Below are positions 24,012 to 32,000 of a DNA stretch of 32,000 nucleotides, one piece after another (position 1 is the stretch's first letter; the number at the start of each line of letters is the position of its first letter). The notes below the pieces were generated by a model that had not been told where the DNA came from, searched no databases, and saw only the letters and a program-made list of their open reading frames with translations. The stretch spans positions 1,867,436-1,899,435 of the forward strand of contig NC_003902.1 in NCBI RefSeq assembly GCF_000007145.1. Direction: 5' to 3'. Source of the DNA: Xanthomonas campestris pv. campestris str. ATCC 33913 (GTDB taxonomy: Bacteria; Pseudomonadota; Gammaproteobacteria; Xanthomonadales; Xanthomonadaceae). The position numbers were made by a program, and so were the translations under genes.

Positions 24012-24653
24012 ATGGAAACAACGACGACCAATCAGCCTAAGAAAGGGGAGTTCTTCCACCTGCAGCCGGACGTTCGGCGAGGTGGCAAAGGCCATGGGGT
24101 TGTCTTTGAGAACCGAGACGCTCTCCTAACTCCACCAAGGCTAATTCTGAAGCCCAAGGACGGCGGATTTCCCGCTTTGCGCGAGATCCCACGCCTGGTC
24201 TACCACCCCAGTGAAGGCGTGCTTCCCGAAGATCTGGAAGGGGGATTCAGCGGCTACTGGCTGGTGTCAGAGCGCCTGCGTCGAGTGATGGAGACGGTAG
24301 ATCCTGCGGCGTTCGCGTTTGCCGATACCGACTATCGCTTGGCCGATGGCTCGAAGGGGCCAAACGTCTACCTGTGCGATGTGGTCCGCACGGTGGACGC
24401 GCTGGATGAAGATACTTCTCACCTAGATATTAAGGTGAGTGAGGAATACGAAGACGGGAAATATTACAGCTTGGCGGGGGGCTCGCGACTGGCCTTCAAA
24501 CGCGACGTGCTCGGGACGGCGCATGTGTTCAGGCTGCCATTTCACGGTGGGGTCTTTTGTGACCGGGTGTTCAAAGATGCTGTTAAAGCAGCCGGGATAG
24601 GCGCGCAAGGTAAATCGGATGGCCTCTGGTTCTACGACGTGGTCAACCGATAA
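24012..24653 (+). CDS. Imm11/DUF1629-like immunity-family protein, immediately upstream of the AHH-type toxin gene
   Basis: It is a paralog of 20841-21491. Its stop lies 36 nt before the toxin gene start. It has no signal peptide. Confidence 0.65.
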   Translation: METTTTNQPKKGEFFHLQPDVRRGGKGHGVVFENRDALLTPPRLILKPKDGGFPALREIPRLVYHPSEGVLPEDLEGGFSGYWLVSERLRRVMETVDPAAFAFADTDYRLADGSKGPNVYLCDVVRTVDALDEDTSHLDIKVSEEYEDGKYYSLAGGSRLAFKRDVLGTAHVFRLPFHGGVFCDRVFKDAVKAAGIGAQGKSDGLWFYDVVNR

Positions 24654-24689
24654 GGCGAGCCACAAAGTCGCAAGGAAGGAGCCTGATCC

Positions 24690-27600
24690 ATGCCGAACTA
24701 CCGCACGCTTTTTCAGGACCACCACAGCATCGAGCAGCAGACGCTGAAGAACAGCGAGTTGCTTGATGAGTTGCAACGGGCGGGGAAGTTTGACATCCAC
24801 GCACCGGAAAACCGACTGTTCTTGCCGGCCAACCCCGCGTTCGCTCAAACGATGGGCATCACGCCACATAGCGGCGGCCCTCTTAGCGCATACCAGTATG
24901 GGCTGCTTGATCACCTTGAAGATCTTTACGCGTCCCGAGATGGACAAGCCATGTTGGAGGGCGACCCAGCGGCAATGGACCGCGTTGTCCAGCGCGTCGA
25001 GCACCTACGCGATACCGTCAAAGTAGGCCTAATCAACGGCGACTTGAACACCAATACGCCGGTTGGTTTAACCCCTCCGCAGACCAACCAGAAGGTTCAA
25101 GACTTTTTCCGCGATATCCCGACCTATCAGCAGACCCATGCCCAACAGATTGAAGCTCTGAAAGGATTCACTGGAGTGGATCACGGCTGGGGTGCCGTCG
25201 CGCACTCTGAGTCGCGCATCGTCGCCACGCTCAACCAAATCCAGGTTAGCAATAGCGCAATTATCCGGGGCGGGGATATCCAGCTTCAGCGCAGCGGGCT
25301 GTCCCTTGCCCTTTCCAATGCCCACCACGATGGGCGCGTGGTTTTTTCAGAGCAAGGCATCCTCAAGGTCGAGCAGACCCTGGGCGAGGAGGCCGCACAT
25401 AACCTGCGCGTCCCCCGAGGCCAGAGGGGTGGCGTATCCATGGAACTGCTGCTGGGCGAAGCATCGGCCAGCAGCTTGGTGCGTTCGGGCGGCTTGCTGG
25501 CCACCGGCGCCGATGCGGTGTTGACCGCCCGCCGTTCGGCCGAGTTGCTGGAACAAGGCAATGCCACCGCCGCCCAGTCCGAAGTCGCCCATGCATTGGC
25601 CCGCAACGTCGGCGGTTGGGCCGGTGGCGCGTCCACGGCAGCAGCGCTGGGTGGTAGCGGCTTTGTGCCTGCGGCCTTGGTTGTGGGCGACGCGCTGTTG
25701 ATGAGCAAGGCGTTCGACAAAGGCGCCGATTTGCTGGACAACCGCGCCATCTACCACCAGACCGACAAAGCGGGCGTGGAGTGGCAGTTCAACGGTCGCA
25801 ACTGGCAGCGCGAAGCCGCCATCGACCTCGCCCAGGATGGCCGCCGCACGTCGGGCGAGCAGCCCGTGGTCGCCAGCTATGAAAAATCGCAGGAACTGGG
25901 CGCTCTGGCCAACGCCAAAGCGGTGGAACTGGCGCTGGGCAAGGTCCCGACGCCCCAGGACCCGTTCAACCTCCCTGCACGGGCAAGCGATCAGGTGGGA
26001 TTGGACAACCAGAATTGGCAGCGCAATCCCGAGCGTCAGACCTGGGAGCGCCAAGTCAGGACCACGGCCTCTGGAACCGATGAGATTGGCAGCTATGCCC
26101 TCCAACTCGCACCCCCGGAACGCGTGCAGCAGCTCAATCAAGAGGCGCTGGCACGCATCGAGACCAACGTCGCCACCGGGCGCGAGGCCATTGCGGCCGC
26201 ATACATCGAGAACCATGCCGCGCAGCGAGCCCAGGCCTACGGAGTCGAGGTGCCGGCAGCCGTCCAAGCCGCCCGGGCCAAGTCAGGCGCGGTGCTGGGG
26301 TCGGACGCTCAGCTTTACCAGCGCACCGAGTCAGGCCAGTGGGCGGGCAAGGATGGCGTCGCCAGCGGCAACCTGGCGGTAGAGCTGGAACTGACCGACC
26401 AGATGCGGCAGCCCTCGTTGGAGCGCTCCCAGGAAGCCTTGACCGCGATCCAGGCGCTTCCCGCGCCCACAGCTACGCAGATGGAGCACAACGAGCTGCT
26501 GCACCGTTACCGGGCTGCAGGCGTTGATTTGAACGTCAACCCGCAGACCCAGCAGGCCGTGGAGCTGGCCTCGCAGCGGACCAGGGACGCCAGCGGCATC
26601 GCCGGACCGACCATGCAGCAACTCCAGCGCAACGAGTCCGGGCAATACGGCTATGACAGCCCCATCGTCCACCTCCAGCGCGGCAGCGATGGCGTCGCTC
26701 GGGTGGTGGCCGTCACCAGCAGCGACGACATCCGTCAGGCGCTGAATGAGGCGCAAGGCAATCGGCGAGAATTGCCGCCCCTTGCGCGAGCGCCCGAGGC
26801 GACGGGGGAGACAGACACCTCGACCTCCGACTCGTCCAATCCGCAGCAGGTGCTCTACATCCAGGCACGCATGCAGGCTTCTGTCGCCGCGCAGGCGCGA
26901 CAAGAACGCGAACAGCAAGATCGTCTCGCGCAAGAGCAGCATGCCGCGCAGGTGCGCGAGCACCTCCATCAGGCACAGCCTGAGCGCGAAGATCAGTCGC
27001 AGAGCGAGCAGGCAGTCCAGGCGCACGCGATGCTGGAAGGTCAACGCCAAGCGGAGCAGCAACGCGAACAGGAAGACCACCAGCAACAGGAGCGTCAGGC
27101 ACACACCAACCAGCAACGCGAGCTACAGGAGCGTGAGGGTAGGGAAGTCCAGCAACGACAGGCGCAGGAACGCCAATCCGAGGACAACCAGCAGCGGGAG
27201 CAGCAAGACCGCCAGGCTCAAGAAACCCGGCAAGTTGAGGTGCAGGAAGCTCAGGCTCAGCAAACACATGATCAGCAGCAACAAACTCAAGGACTCGAAC
27301 CGCGGCAGGCCTCGCCGCAACTGGACACTCAGCCGCACGCTCCAGATGCTGCGTTGGTTCAACAAACGCCACGACCCGAGTCGCAGCAGGAAGACGCACG
27401 CCAGCAGCCACAGATGCGGAACCAACAGGCACACGAACATCTGGCTCCTGACGCACCTGACCCACTGAAGCAAACGCACAGTCCAGGCGACGCGCGGCCG
27501 CATCAAGCACAAGAAGCGGAACGCGCGCTGGAAATGTCGGCGGTGGAGAGTCGCGCCGCCGCGCGCCTTCAAGTGTCTTCATCCGAGGGCCCGGAATCCG

Positions 27601-28706
27601 GTAACCAATTTTCGCAAGGCGCGGAGGCCGATGCGGTGCCTCCAGCGCTGCCTCCCAGCGTGCAAACGCAGCAAGCGGAGATGGAGCAAGCGTCGGTCCG
27701 TCAGCAAGACGTGGCCCGTAAGCAGGAGGCAGAGCAGGTTCGCGTGATGGCCCAAACAGCGCCTGCGACAGCAGAACCGTTGATTGCGTCGCAGCCCCCT
27801 GCGCCTACCACTCTTGAGCGAGCAGCTGAGGCACGGCAGGCGAGTCCTTCAGACGTCTCTCCCATCGACCATGGGGCGGCTGTGCTGCCCGCAATAAATC
27901 TCGCGCAAGCACACGGGCAATCGCTGGGAGGCAGCGCAGAGAATCGTTTTCCCACGGAGCCAGCAGACGCGGAAAGCCAGCAGGCCCAATCGACCCCGGC
28001 GCAGGACCGCAGCGCCGCAGATCCGGGCGGTGCCCTGTTCCTGGAAGAGACCATGCGCTCGTTGCGCCAACTGCAACAGGAGATTGAGGCGGCGGATCGG
28101 GAAGACGAACGTTTCCATCAAGAATGGAAGGAGTATCGCGAGCGCGGAGAACCCTATCCCTTCGTTCGCGACGGCGCGCGGGACCAGGAGAGTGGGAGCA
28201 TTGATGCATTCAGCGCGCACCAACCAAGTCGCCGCTCTCCCAGCGAAGCTGCTGAGCAAACCGATGCCTTCCCATCTTTAGCTCAGCGCTTCGCCGGTCC
28301 AGGAGGAGGCGATGCCCCAAACGATTCGTCGAAAGATGAACGGAAATCGATCACGGGCGATCCCGACGTGGATGAGGTGCTTTATGCGCTCGACAGCAAG
28401 AACGAACTGGCGATCGAGCAAGCGCTGAACCGGGTGGCCAACAGCGCAGCGACGCAGGCGCTGTTGAAAAAAGGCAACGATTTCCTGGAGGCACAGGCCC
28501 AGCAGGAAGCCCAGGAGCACGTCGCCACGCGCCAGGCGCTGGGAATGGATGTCTCAGCGGAGATCAACACCAGCCGCGGGCCGGTCATGGTGATGACGCT
28601 GCCAGAGTTTGCCAAGGGGCCGATGCAGAGCGGTCCCCAAGGGGATGGCGGTGGAGGTGGAGACGGCGGAGGAGGAGGGGGCGGTGGTGGTGGAGGCGGT
28701 GGTTAG
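24690..28706 (+). CDS. 1338-aa multidomain protein: N-terminal AHH-type HNH/EndoVII-fold nuclease motif, Gly-zipper-like hydrophobic segment, Q/E-rich low-complexity region, helical C-terminal module and poly-Gly tail
   Basis: A strong AAGGAAGGAG Shine-Dalgarno is present. The N-terminus reads FQDHHSIEQQ...AGKFDIHAPENRLFLP...PHSGGPLSAY. The tail is GDGGGGGDGGGGGGGGGGGGG*. The long antisense ORFs are shadows of this frame. Confidence 0.75.
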   Translation: MPNYRTLFQDHHSIEQQTLKNSELLDELQRAGKFDIHAPENRLFLPANPAFAQTMGITPHSGGPLSAYQYGLLDHLEDLYASRDGQAMLEGDPAAMDRVVQRVEHLRDTVKVGLINGDLNTNTPVGLTPPQTNQKVQDFFRDIPTYQQTHAQQIEALKGFTGVDHGWGAVAHSESRIVATLNQIQVSNSAIIRGGDIQLQRSGLSLALSNAHHDGRVVFSEQGILKVEQTLGEEAAHNLRVPRGQRGGVSMELLLGEASASSLVRSGGLLATGADAVLTARRSAELLEQGNATAAQSEVAHALARNVGGWAGGASTAAALGGSGFVPAALVVGDALLMSKAFDKGADLLDNRAIYHQTDKAGVEWQFNGRNWQREAAIDLAQDGRRTSGEQPVVASYEKSQELGALANAKAVELALGKVPTPQDPFNLPARASDQVGLDNQNWQRNPERQTWERQVRTTASGTDEIGSYALQLAPPERVQQLNQEALARIETNVATGREAIAAAYIENHAAQRAQAYGVEVPAAVQAARAKSGAVLGSDAQLYQRTESGQWAGKDGVASGNLAVELELTDQMRQPSLERSQEALTAIQALPAPTATQMEHNELLHRYRAAGVDLNVNPQTQQAVELASQRTRDASGIAGPTMQQLQRNESGQYGYDSPIVHLQRGSDGVARVVAVTSSDDIRQALNEAQGNRRELPPLARAPEATGETDTSTSDSSNPQQVLYIQARMQASVAAQARQEREQQDRLAQEQHAAQVREHLHQAQPEREDQSQSEQAVQAHAMLEGQRQAEQQREQEDHQQQERQAHTNQQRELQEREGREVQQRQAQERQSEDNQQREQQDRQAQETRQVEVQEAQAQQTHDQQQQTQGLEPRQASPQLDTQPHAPDAALVQQTPRPESQQEDARQQPQMRNQQAHEHLAPDAPDPLKQTHSPGDARPHQAQEAERALEMSAVESRAAARLQVSSSEGPESGNQFSQGAEADAVPPALPPSVQTQQAEMEQASVRQQDVARKQEAEQVRVMAQTAPATAEPLIASQPPAPTTLERAAEARQASPSDVSPIDHGAAVLPAINLAQAHGQSLGGSAENRFPTEPADAESQQAQSTPAQDRSAADPGGALFLEETMRSLRQLQQEIEAADREDERFHQEWKEYRERGEPYPFVRDGARDQESGSIDAFSAHQPSRRSPSEAAEQTDAFPSLAQRFAGPGGGDAPNDSSKDERKSITGDPDVDEVLYALDSKNELAIEQALNRVANSAATQALLKKGNDFLEAQAQQEAQEHVATRQALGMDVSAEINTSRGPVMVMTLPEFAKGPMQSGPQGDGGGGGDGGGGGGGGGGGGG

Positions 28707-28745
28707 TCAAAATCGCTTCCGTGACCAGCCGAGTTAGGAAACCTC

Positions 28746-29393
28746 ATGGACAAGCAAGACGCTGCCGCAATGGCGGAAATGATGGCCACGTTGAATGCAT
28801 CGAACGCCTCGTTGCAGGAGACGGTCAAAGTGCTAACGACGCTGGTGGCATCCATGCAGCAGCGCGAACAACGGTTGCGCGATGTGGTCACCGAGCAACT
28901 CCAGGTGCTCCAGAACGCGGTGGGCAGCGCTGATTCCAAGGTCAATCGGGTGCTGGAGAACGCACTGCCGAGGCTAACGCAGCTGACCAATCAAGCGTTG
29001 ACGCAGACGCTGGAGCCAGCCGCCAAGCGGTTCAACAAAGAGATGGCCCTTGCGGACGAGACGTTGCAGCAAGCCACTCGGCGTTACACGCAGGCCCAGC
29101 AATCCTTGGAAACGCGGATCACGCGGCGCATGGGTATGGCGTCCGCCACGATGCTCGTGGCGGGCGTCTTAGGGCTGAGTGCGGTGGCTTACTCGGTCGG
29201 CATCATCAACGAGAAGCGAACCGAACTCGCACAGCTTCGTGCCTCCATCGACTACATGGACCGCGTCTCGCGCGCTGACCTAGCTCCCTGTGGCGAAGGC
29301 CGGCTCTGCGCCACGCTTGAGAAGAACGGGCCGCGTTACGGCAACCAGAGGCAATACAGAGCGGTCAGCCTGCGCACTGCGCCGGCCGCGTGA
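28746..29393 (+). CDS. Coiled-coil protein with a single C-proximal TM helix
   Basis: An AGGAAA Shine-Dalgarno sits 5 nt upstream. A Q/L-rich helical N-terminal 130 aa precedes the TM segment MGMASATMLVAGVLGLSAVAYSVGII. The gene starts 39 nt after the 1338-aa gene. Confidence 0.6.
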   Translation: MDKQDAAAMAEMMATLNASNASLQETVKVLTTLVASMQQREQRLRDVVTEQLQVLQNAVGSADSKVNRVLENALPRLTQLTNQALTQTLEPAAKRFNKEMALADETLQQATRRYTQAQQSLETRITRRMGMASATMLVAGVLGLSAVAYSVGIINEKRTELAQLRASIDYMDRVSRADLAPCGEGRLCATLEKNGPRYGNQRQYRAVSLRTAPAA

Positions 29394-29508
29394 TGAAGTT
29401 TGCTGATTGTGGCCAGGTGGAAGAAAGGGTCAATTTTTCAACGAGAAAGCGATGATTCCAATTTGTCCAACGTTGATTGGTAAAACTTTAGGTAGTGAGG
29501 AAATTTAT

Positions 29509-30267
29509 ATGGTTTCCGACTCTGTTTTTCAATGGGATGCTTACCAGTCAAAGCAATCTATGGAGGCTGATCATCTCAAGCATTTGAGCGATTTGCTCAA
29601 AAAGCAGAATCCACAGTTAGCATTCGAGACACTTGGACCAGGCCTTGATCCGCCTGATTTTTTCATATCTAGGGATGGGGTGCGGAGCGGGATTGAATTG
29701 ACTGTTTGGCCCGCAGAGGATCGGATACAAAGAGCTGAATTCTTCTCAAAGTTGCAAGATAAACTTCTATCTTTGTATGAGTCCGGTAGGCTGAGGGGAC
29801 TCGTTGGCATGGAGTTTCGGTTAAAATTTAATGGTTTAGGGGGTAAACCGACAAGGCTTTCTGACTCGGTTCTTTATGATTTGGTCGGTCAAATTGAAGG
29901 TTGTGCAGATAGTCGCCCCAATGCCATTGATTTTTTTGGCGATGATTCCCCCCCGATGCCGAGTGGGAGCGTGGTTGGTTCCGGAGTTGACTGGTCTGTC
30001 ACTGCAGTAGCGGACATTCCCTTTCATGGAAGCGATTTTGCAAATCGAACAGGTTTTGAGATCTCTGCTGGTCAGCAGAGCAACTTAAGTCAATCTCTCT
30101 TTGATGAAATTCTTCAGAGGGTGATAGGCGAGAAGGATAAGTCTGGAACGGATGAGCTCCTAATTTCGGTTGGCGCCCCTAATCGGAATGGTCGTGCACT
30201 TACGGGAGACGTGTCAGCGATAAGCTCGATTCTTAAAAAATGGAAAGGCTTGGTTTGCTCGCCTTGA
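29509..30267 (+). CDS. Low-GC hypothetical protein (possible degenerate PD-(D/E)xK motif), probably truncated at its 3' end by IS3-family element 2
   Basis: A GTGAGGA Shine-Dalgarno sits 7-8 nt before ATG 29509. The motif is DPPDFFISRDGVRSGIELT. The stop codon TGA at 30265-30267 is the first three bases of the IS inverted repeat. Confidence 0.5.
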   Translation: MVSDSVFQWDAYQSKQSMEADHLKHLSDLLKKQNPQLAFETLGPGLDPPDFFISRDGVRSGIELTVWPAEDRIQRAEFFSKLQDKLLSLYESGRLRGLVGMEFRLKFNGLGGKPTRLSDSVLYDLVGQIEGCADSRPNAIDFFGDDSPPMPSGSVVGSGVDWSVTAVADIPFHGSDFANRTGFEISAGQQSNLSQSLFDEILQRVIGEKDKSGTDELLISVGAPNRNGRALTGDVSAISSILKKWKGLVCSP

Positions 30268-30327
30268 CCTGCCCCCGCTGAGCCGTACCACGTGAAGCTG
30301 TAAAGTCCGTCAACCACGAGGACGGAC

Positions 30328-30594
30328 ATGAAGAAGAGTCGTTTCAGCACCGAGCAGATCATCGGATTCATCAAGCAGGCGGATGCCGGGATGGCGGTGG
30401 CTGAGCTGTGCCGCCAGCACGGTTTCAGCCCGGCCAGCTTCTACCAGTGGCGGGCCAAGTACGGCGGCATGGAGGCCGAAGACGCGAAGCGCCTGAAGGA
30501 GCTGGAGCAGGAGAACAACCGCCTGAAGCGGTTGCTGGCCGAGGCGCACCTGGACATCGAGGCGCTGAAGGTCGGGTTCGGGGTAAAACGCTAG
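30328..30594 (+). CDS. IS3-family transposase OrfA
   Basis: [76 protein letters not shown] is typical of IS407-group OrfA. Confidence 0.9.
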   Translation: MKKSRFSTEQIIGFIKQADAGMAVAELCRQHGFSPASFYQWRAKYGGMEAEDAKRLKELEQENNRLKRLLAEAHLDIEALKVGFGVKR

Positions 30595-31460
30595 CCCCGC
30601 AACGCAAGCGCGAGGCAATCCGGCGCATGTGCGAGCTGACGTCGATCAGCGAGCGCCGGGCTTGTCGCCTTGCGGGGATCTCCCGCGATGCTTTCCGCCA
30701 CGCGCCGACACCCACGCCGGCGACGCAAACCCTGTCGGCCAGACTGGTGGAACTGGCGCAGGCGCGTCGCCGCTTCGGCTATCGCCGCCTGCACGACCTG
30801 CTGCGCCCGGAGTTTCCGCAGGTGAACCATAAGAAGATCTACCGTCTGTACCGCGAGGCGAAGCTGAGCGTGCGCTGGCGCAAGAAGGCCAAGTTCCCGG
30901 CGGCACAGCGGCAGCCGTTACGGCCAGCGCGGCATCCCAACGAGGTAATCAGCATGGACTTCGTCTTTGATCAGTTGGCCAGTGGCCGCCGCATCAAATG
31001 CCTGACCGTCGCCGACGACTTCACCCATGAATGCGTGGACATCGCGGTGGACCATGGCATCAGCGGGGCTTACGTGATGCGTGTGCTGGAGCAGATCGCC
31101 TGCTTCCGCGGCTATCCCCGCGCGGTGCGCACGGACAACGGCCCGGAGTTCACCAGCCGCGCCTTCATCGCTTGGGCACAGCAGCGTGGCATCGAACACA
31201 TCCTGATCGAACCCGGCAAACCCATGCAGAACGGCTACATCGAGAGCTTCAACGGCAAGTTCCGCGACGAATGTCTCAACGAACACTGGTTCACGTCGCT
31301 GATCCAGGCTCGCGAGGTCATCGCCGATTGGCGGCGTGACTTCAACGAGGTACGTCCGCACAGCAGCTGTGGTCGCATCCCGCCAGCGCAGTTTGCCTCC
31401 AACCACCGAGCACAAACCGGCAACAACGCAGTACCCTTCAACCCCGGGCTTTATCAGTAA
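30408..31460 (+). CDS. IS3-family transposase OrfB frame (DDE core), presumably expressed as an OrfAB -1 frameshift fusion
   Basis: The -1 frame overlaps OrfA. The rve-type core reads ISMDFVFD...TDNGPEFTS...[15 protein letters not shown] found no canonical A AAA AAG heptamer in the overlap. Confidence 0.8.
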   Translation: MPPARFQPGQLLPVAGQVRRHGGRRREAPEGAGAGEQPPEAVAGRGAPGHRGAEGRVRGKTLAPQRKREAIRRMCELTSISERRACRLAGISRDAFRHAPTPTPATQTLSARLVELAQARRRFGYRRLHDLLRPEFPQVNHKKIYRLYREAKLSVRWRKKAKFPAAQRQPLRPARHPNEVISMDFVFDQLASGRRIKCLTVADDFTHECVDIAVDHGISGAYVMRVLEQIACFRGYPRAVRTDNGPEFTSRAFIAWAQQRGIEHILIEPGKPMQNGYIESFNGKFRDECLNEHWFTSLIQAREVIADWRRDFNEVRPHSSCGRIPPAQFASNHRAQTGNNAVPFNPGLYQ

Positions 31461-31878
31461 TCACTGGTATGGCCGGTGGGGGCAGGTCACCGGGAATCAG
31501 CTCCTGCAGCTCCATCGTCAGGAAGTTGTCGCCATTGGTAAACAAGCAGGGGCGCTGATCGAGCGTCCGCATGATGTCGGGCAGGAGCGCTGAGGCTGCA
31601 TAACGCGCGGGATGAAAACAGCGCCAGATCCGACGCTGGTCGATAACCAGGTCGTCGTGGCCTGCGTGGAAGACCAGCGCCGGCCCTTGCTTGGGCGGGC
31701 CCTTGCTGACGCAGTGCGAACTGAATTCCACGGATACAGACACCGCCACCGCCGCCCGGTCGGGCGTGGCAATGGTCACTTGGTAAGTGAATGGCTGCAG
31801 ATGCGCCAGTGAAAATTGGGCATCGTCAATCCCGATAAATCCCTTGGCCAGATGATCCGGCCAGTACTTCTCCTTCAT
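31438..31878 (-). pseudogene. Hypothetical gene whose 3' end is replaced by the IS3-family right terminus
   Basis: Native sequence runs from ATG 31878 to 31490 (…MELQELIPGD). The remaining 17 codons and the stop are IS sequence. Confidence 0.5.
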
Positions 31879-32000
31879 CGATACACGCCCTTCTTGCTCC
31901 AACACCGATTTACCCGGCAACAGAGTGCAGCCACAGCGCCGCTACCAGCAATGGATGACTCGGCATTGCCCCAGGGTTCGCCGCAATCTTTCAGATGTGC

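Larger units (their letters stand above)
30265..31489 (+). mobile_element. IS3-family insertion sequence (IS407 group), 1225 bp, no target-site duplication
   Basis: Terminal IRs are TGACCTGCCCCC at 30265 and its complement ending at 31489. OrfA and OrfB are present. The flanking tetranucleotides GCCT and CCGG differ. Confidence 0.85.

Noticed and set aside
26841-27440. Q/E-rich coding tract as a tandem DNA repeat or CRISPR-like array
   Set aside because: There is no fixed repeat unit or spacer periodicity at the nucleotide level. It lies in frame within a long CDS, so it is low-complexity protein sequence.
25286-27582. Several long minus-strand ORFs (154-306 aa) and plus-strand alternative-frame ORFs inside the 1338-aa gene
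   Set aside because: All overlap the single long frame, which has a strong Shine-Dalgarno and recognisable motifs. Their Arg/Ala/Gly/Leu-rich composition is what the Q/E-rich and GC-rich sense frame produces in other frames.

Overview
This is a high-GC accessory region, probably from a Xanthomonadaceae- or Burkholderiales-like proteobacterium (inferred from IS types and protein content). It reads as a mosaic defense island and ICE remnant.

Left to right:
- A partial FAD/NAD(P)-binding oxidoreductase gene and a gene for an RHH protein with a histone-H1-like tail, both low GC.
- A three-gene Lamassu / ABC-three-component operon: Cap4-type nuclease, middle component, and DUF3732-type ABC/SMC ATPase. 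It is bracketed by an intact and a truncated copy of one small membrane-protein gene.
- A three-gene envelope operon.
- An XRE regulator, then a coiled-coil plus minimal CHAT/caspase-like protein, then a SIR2-like gene (GNGLG, TLNYD, HLHGS motifs) split by an IS3-family element. This is the best candidate here for an undescribed conflict system.
- An IS5-family element with a CTAG target duplication.
- Three integrase-related genes in series (fragment, degenerate, intact), with an EexN-like entry-exclusion gene among them.
- Cargo beyond the integrase: a nonsense-interrupted gene coupled to a zinc-ribbon gene, a Sel1-like plus Gly-rich lipoprotein pair, and RadC.
- Two Imm11-like paralogs flanking a low-GC block that carries an MqsR/MqsA-like pair.
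- A 1338-aa protein with an N-terminal AHH-type nuclease motif, a Q/E-rich low-complexity region and a poly-Gly tail.
- A second IS3-family element that truncates a gene at each end.

I saw no rRNA, tRNA or CRISPR array by eye. All family assignments rest on motif recognition from the translated ORFs, not on database searches.
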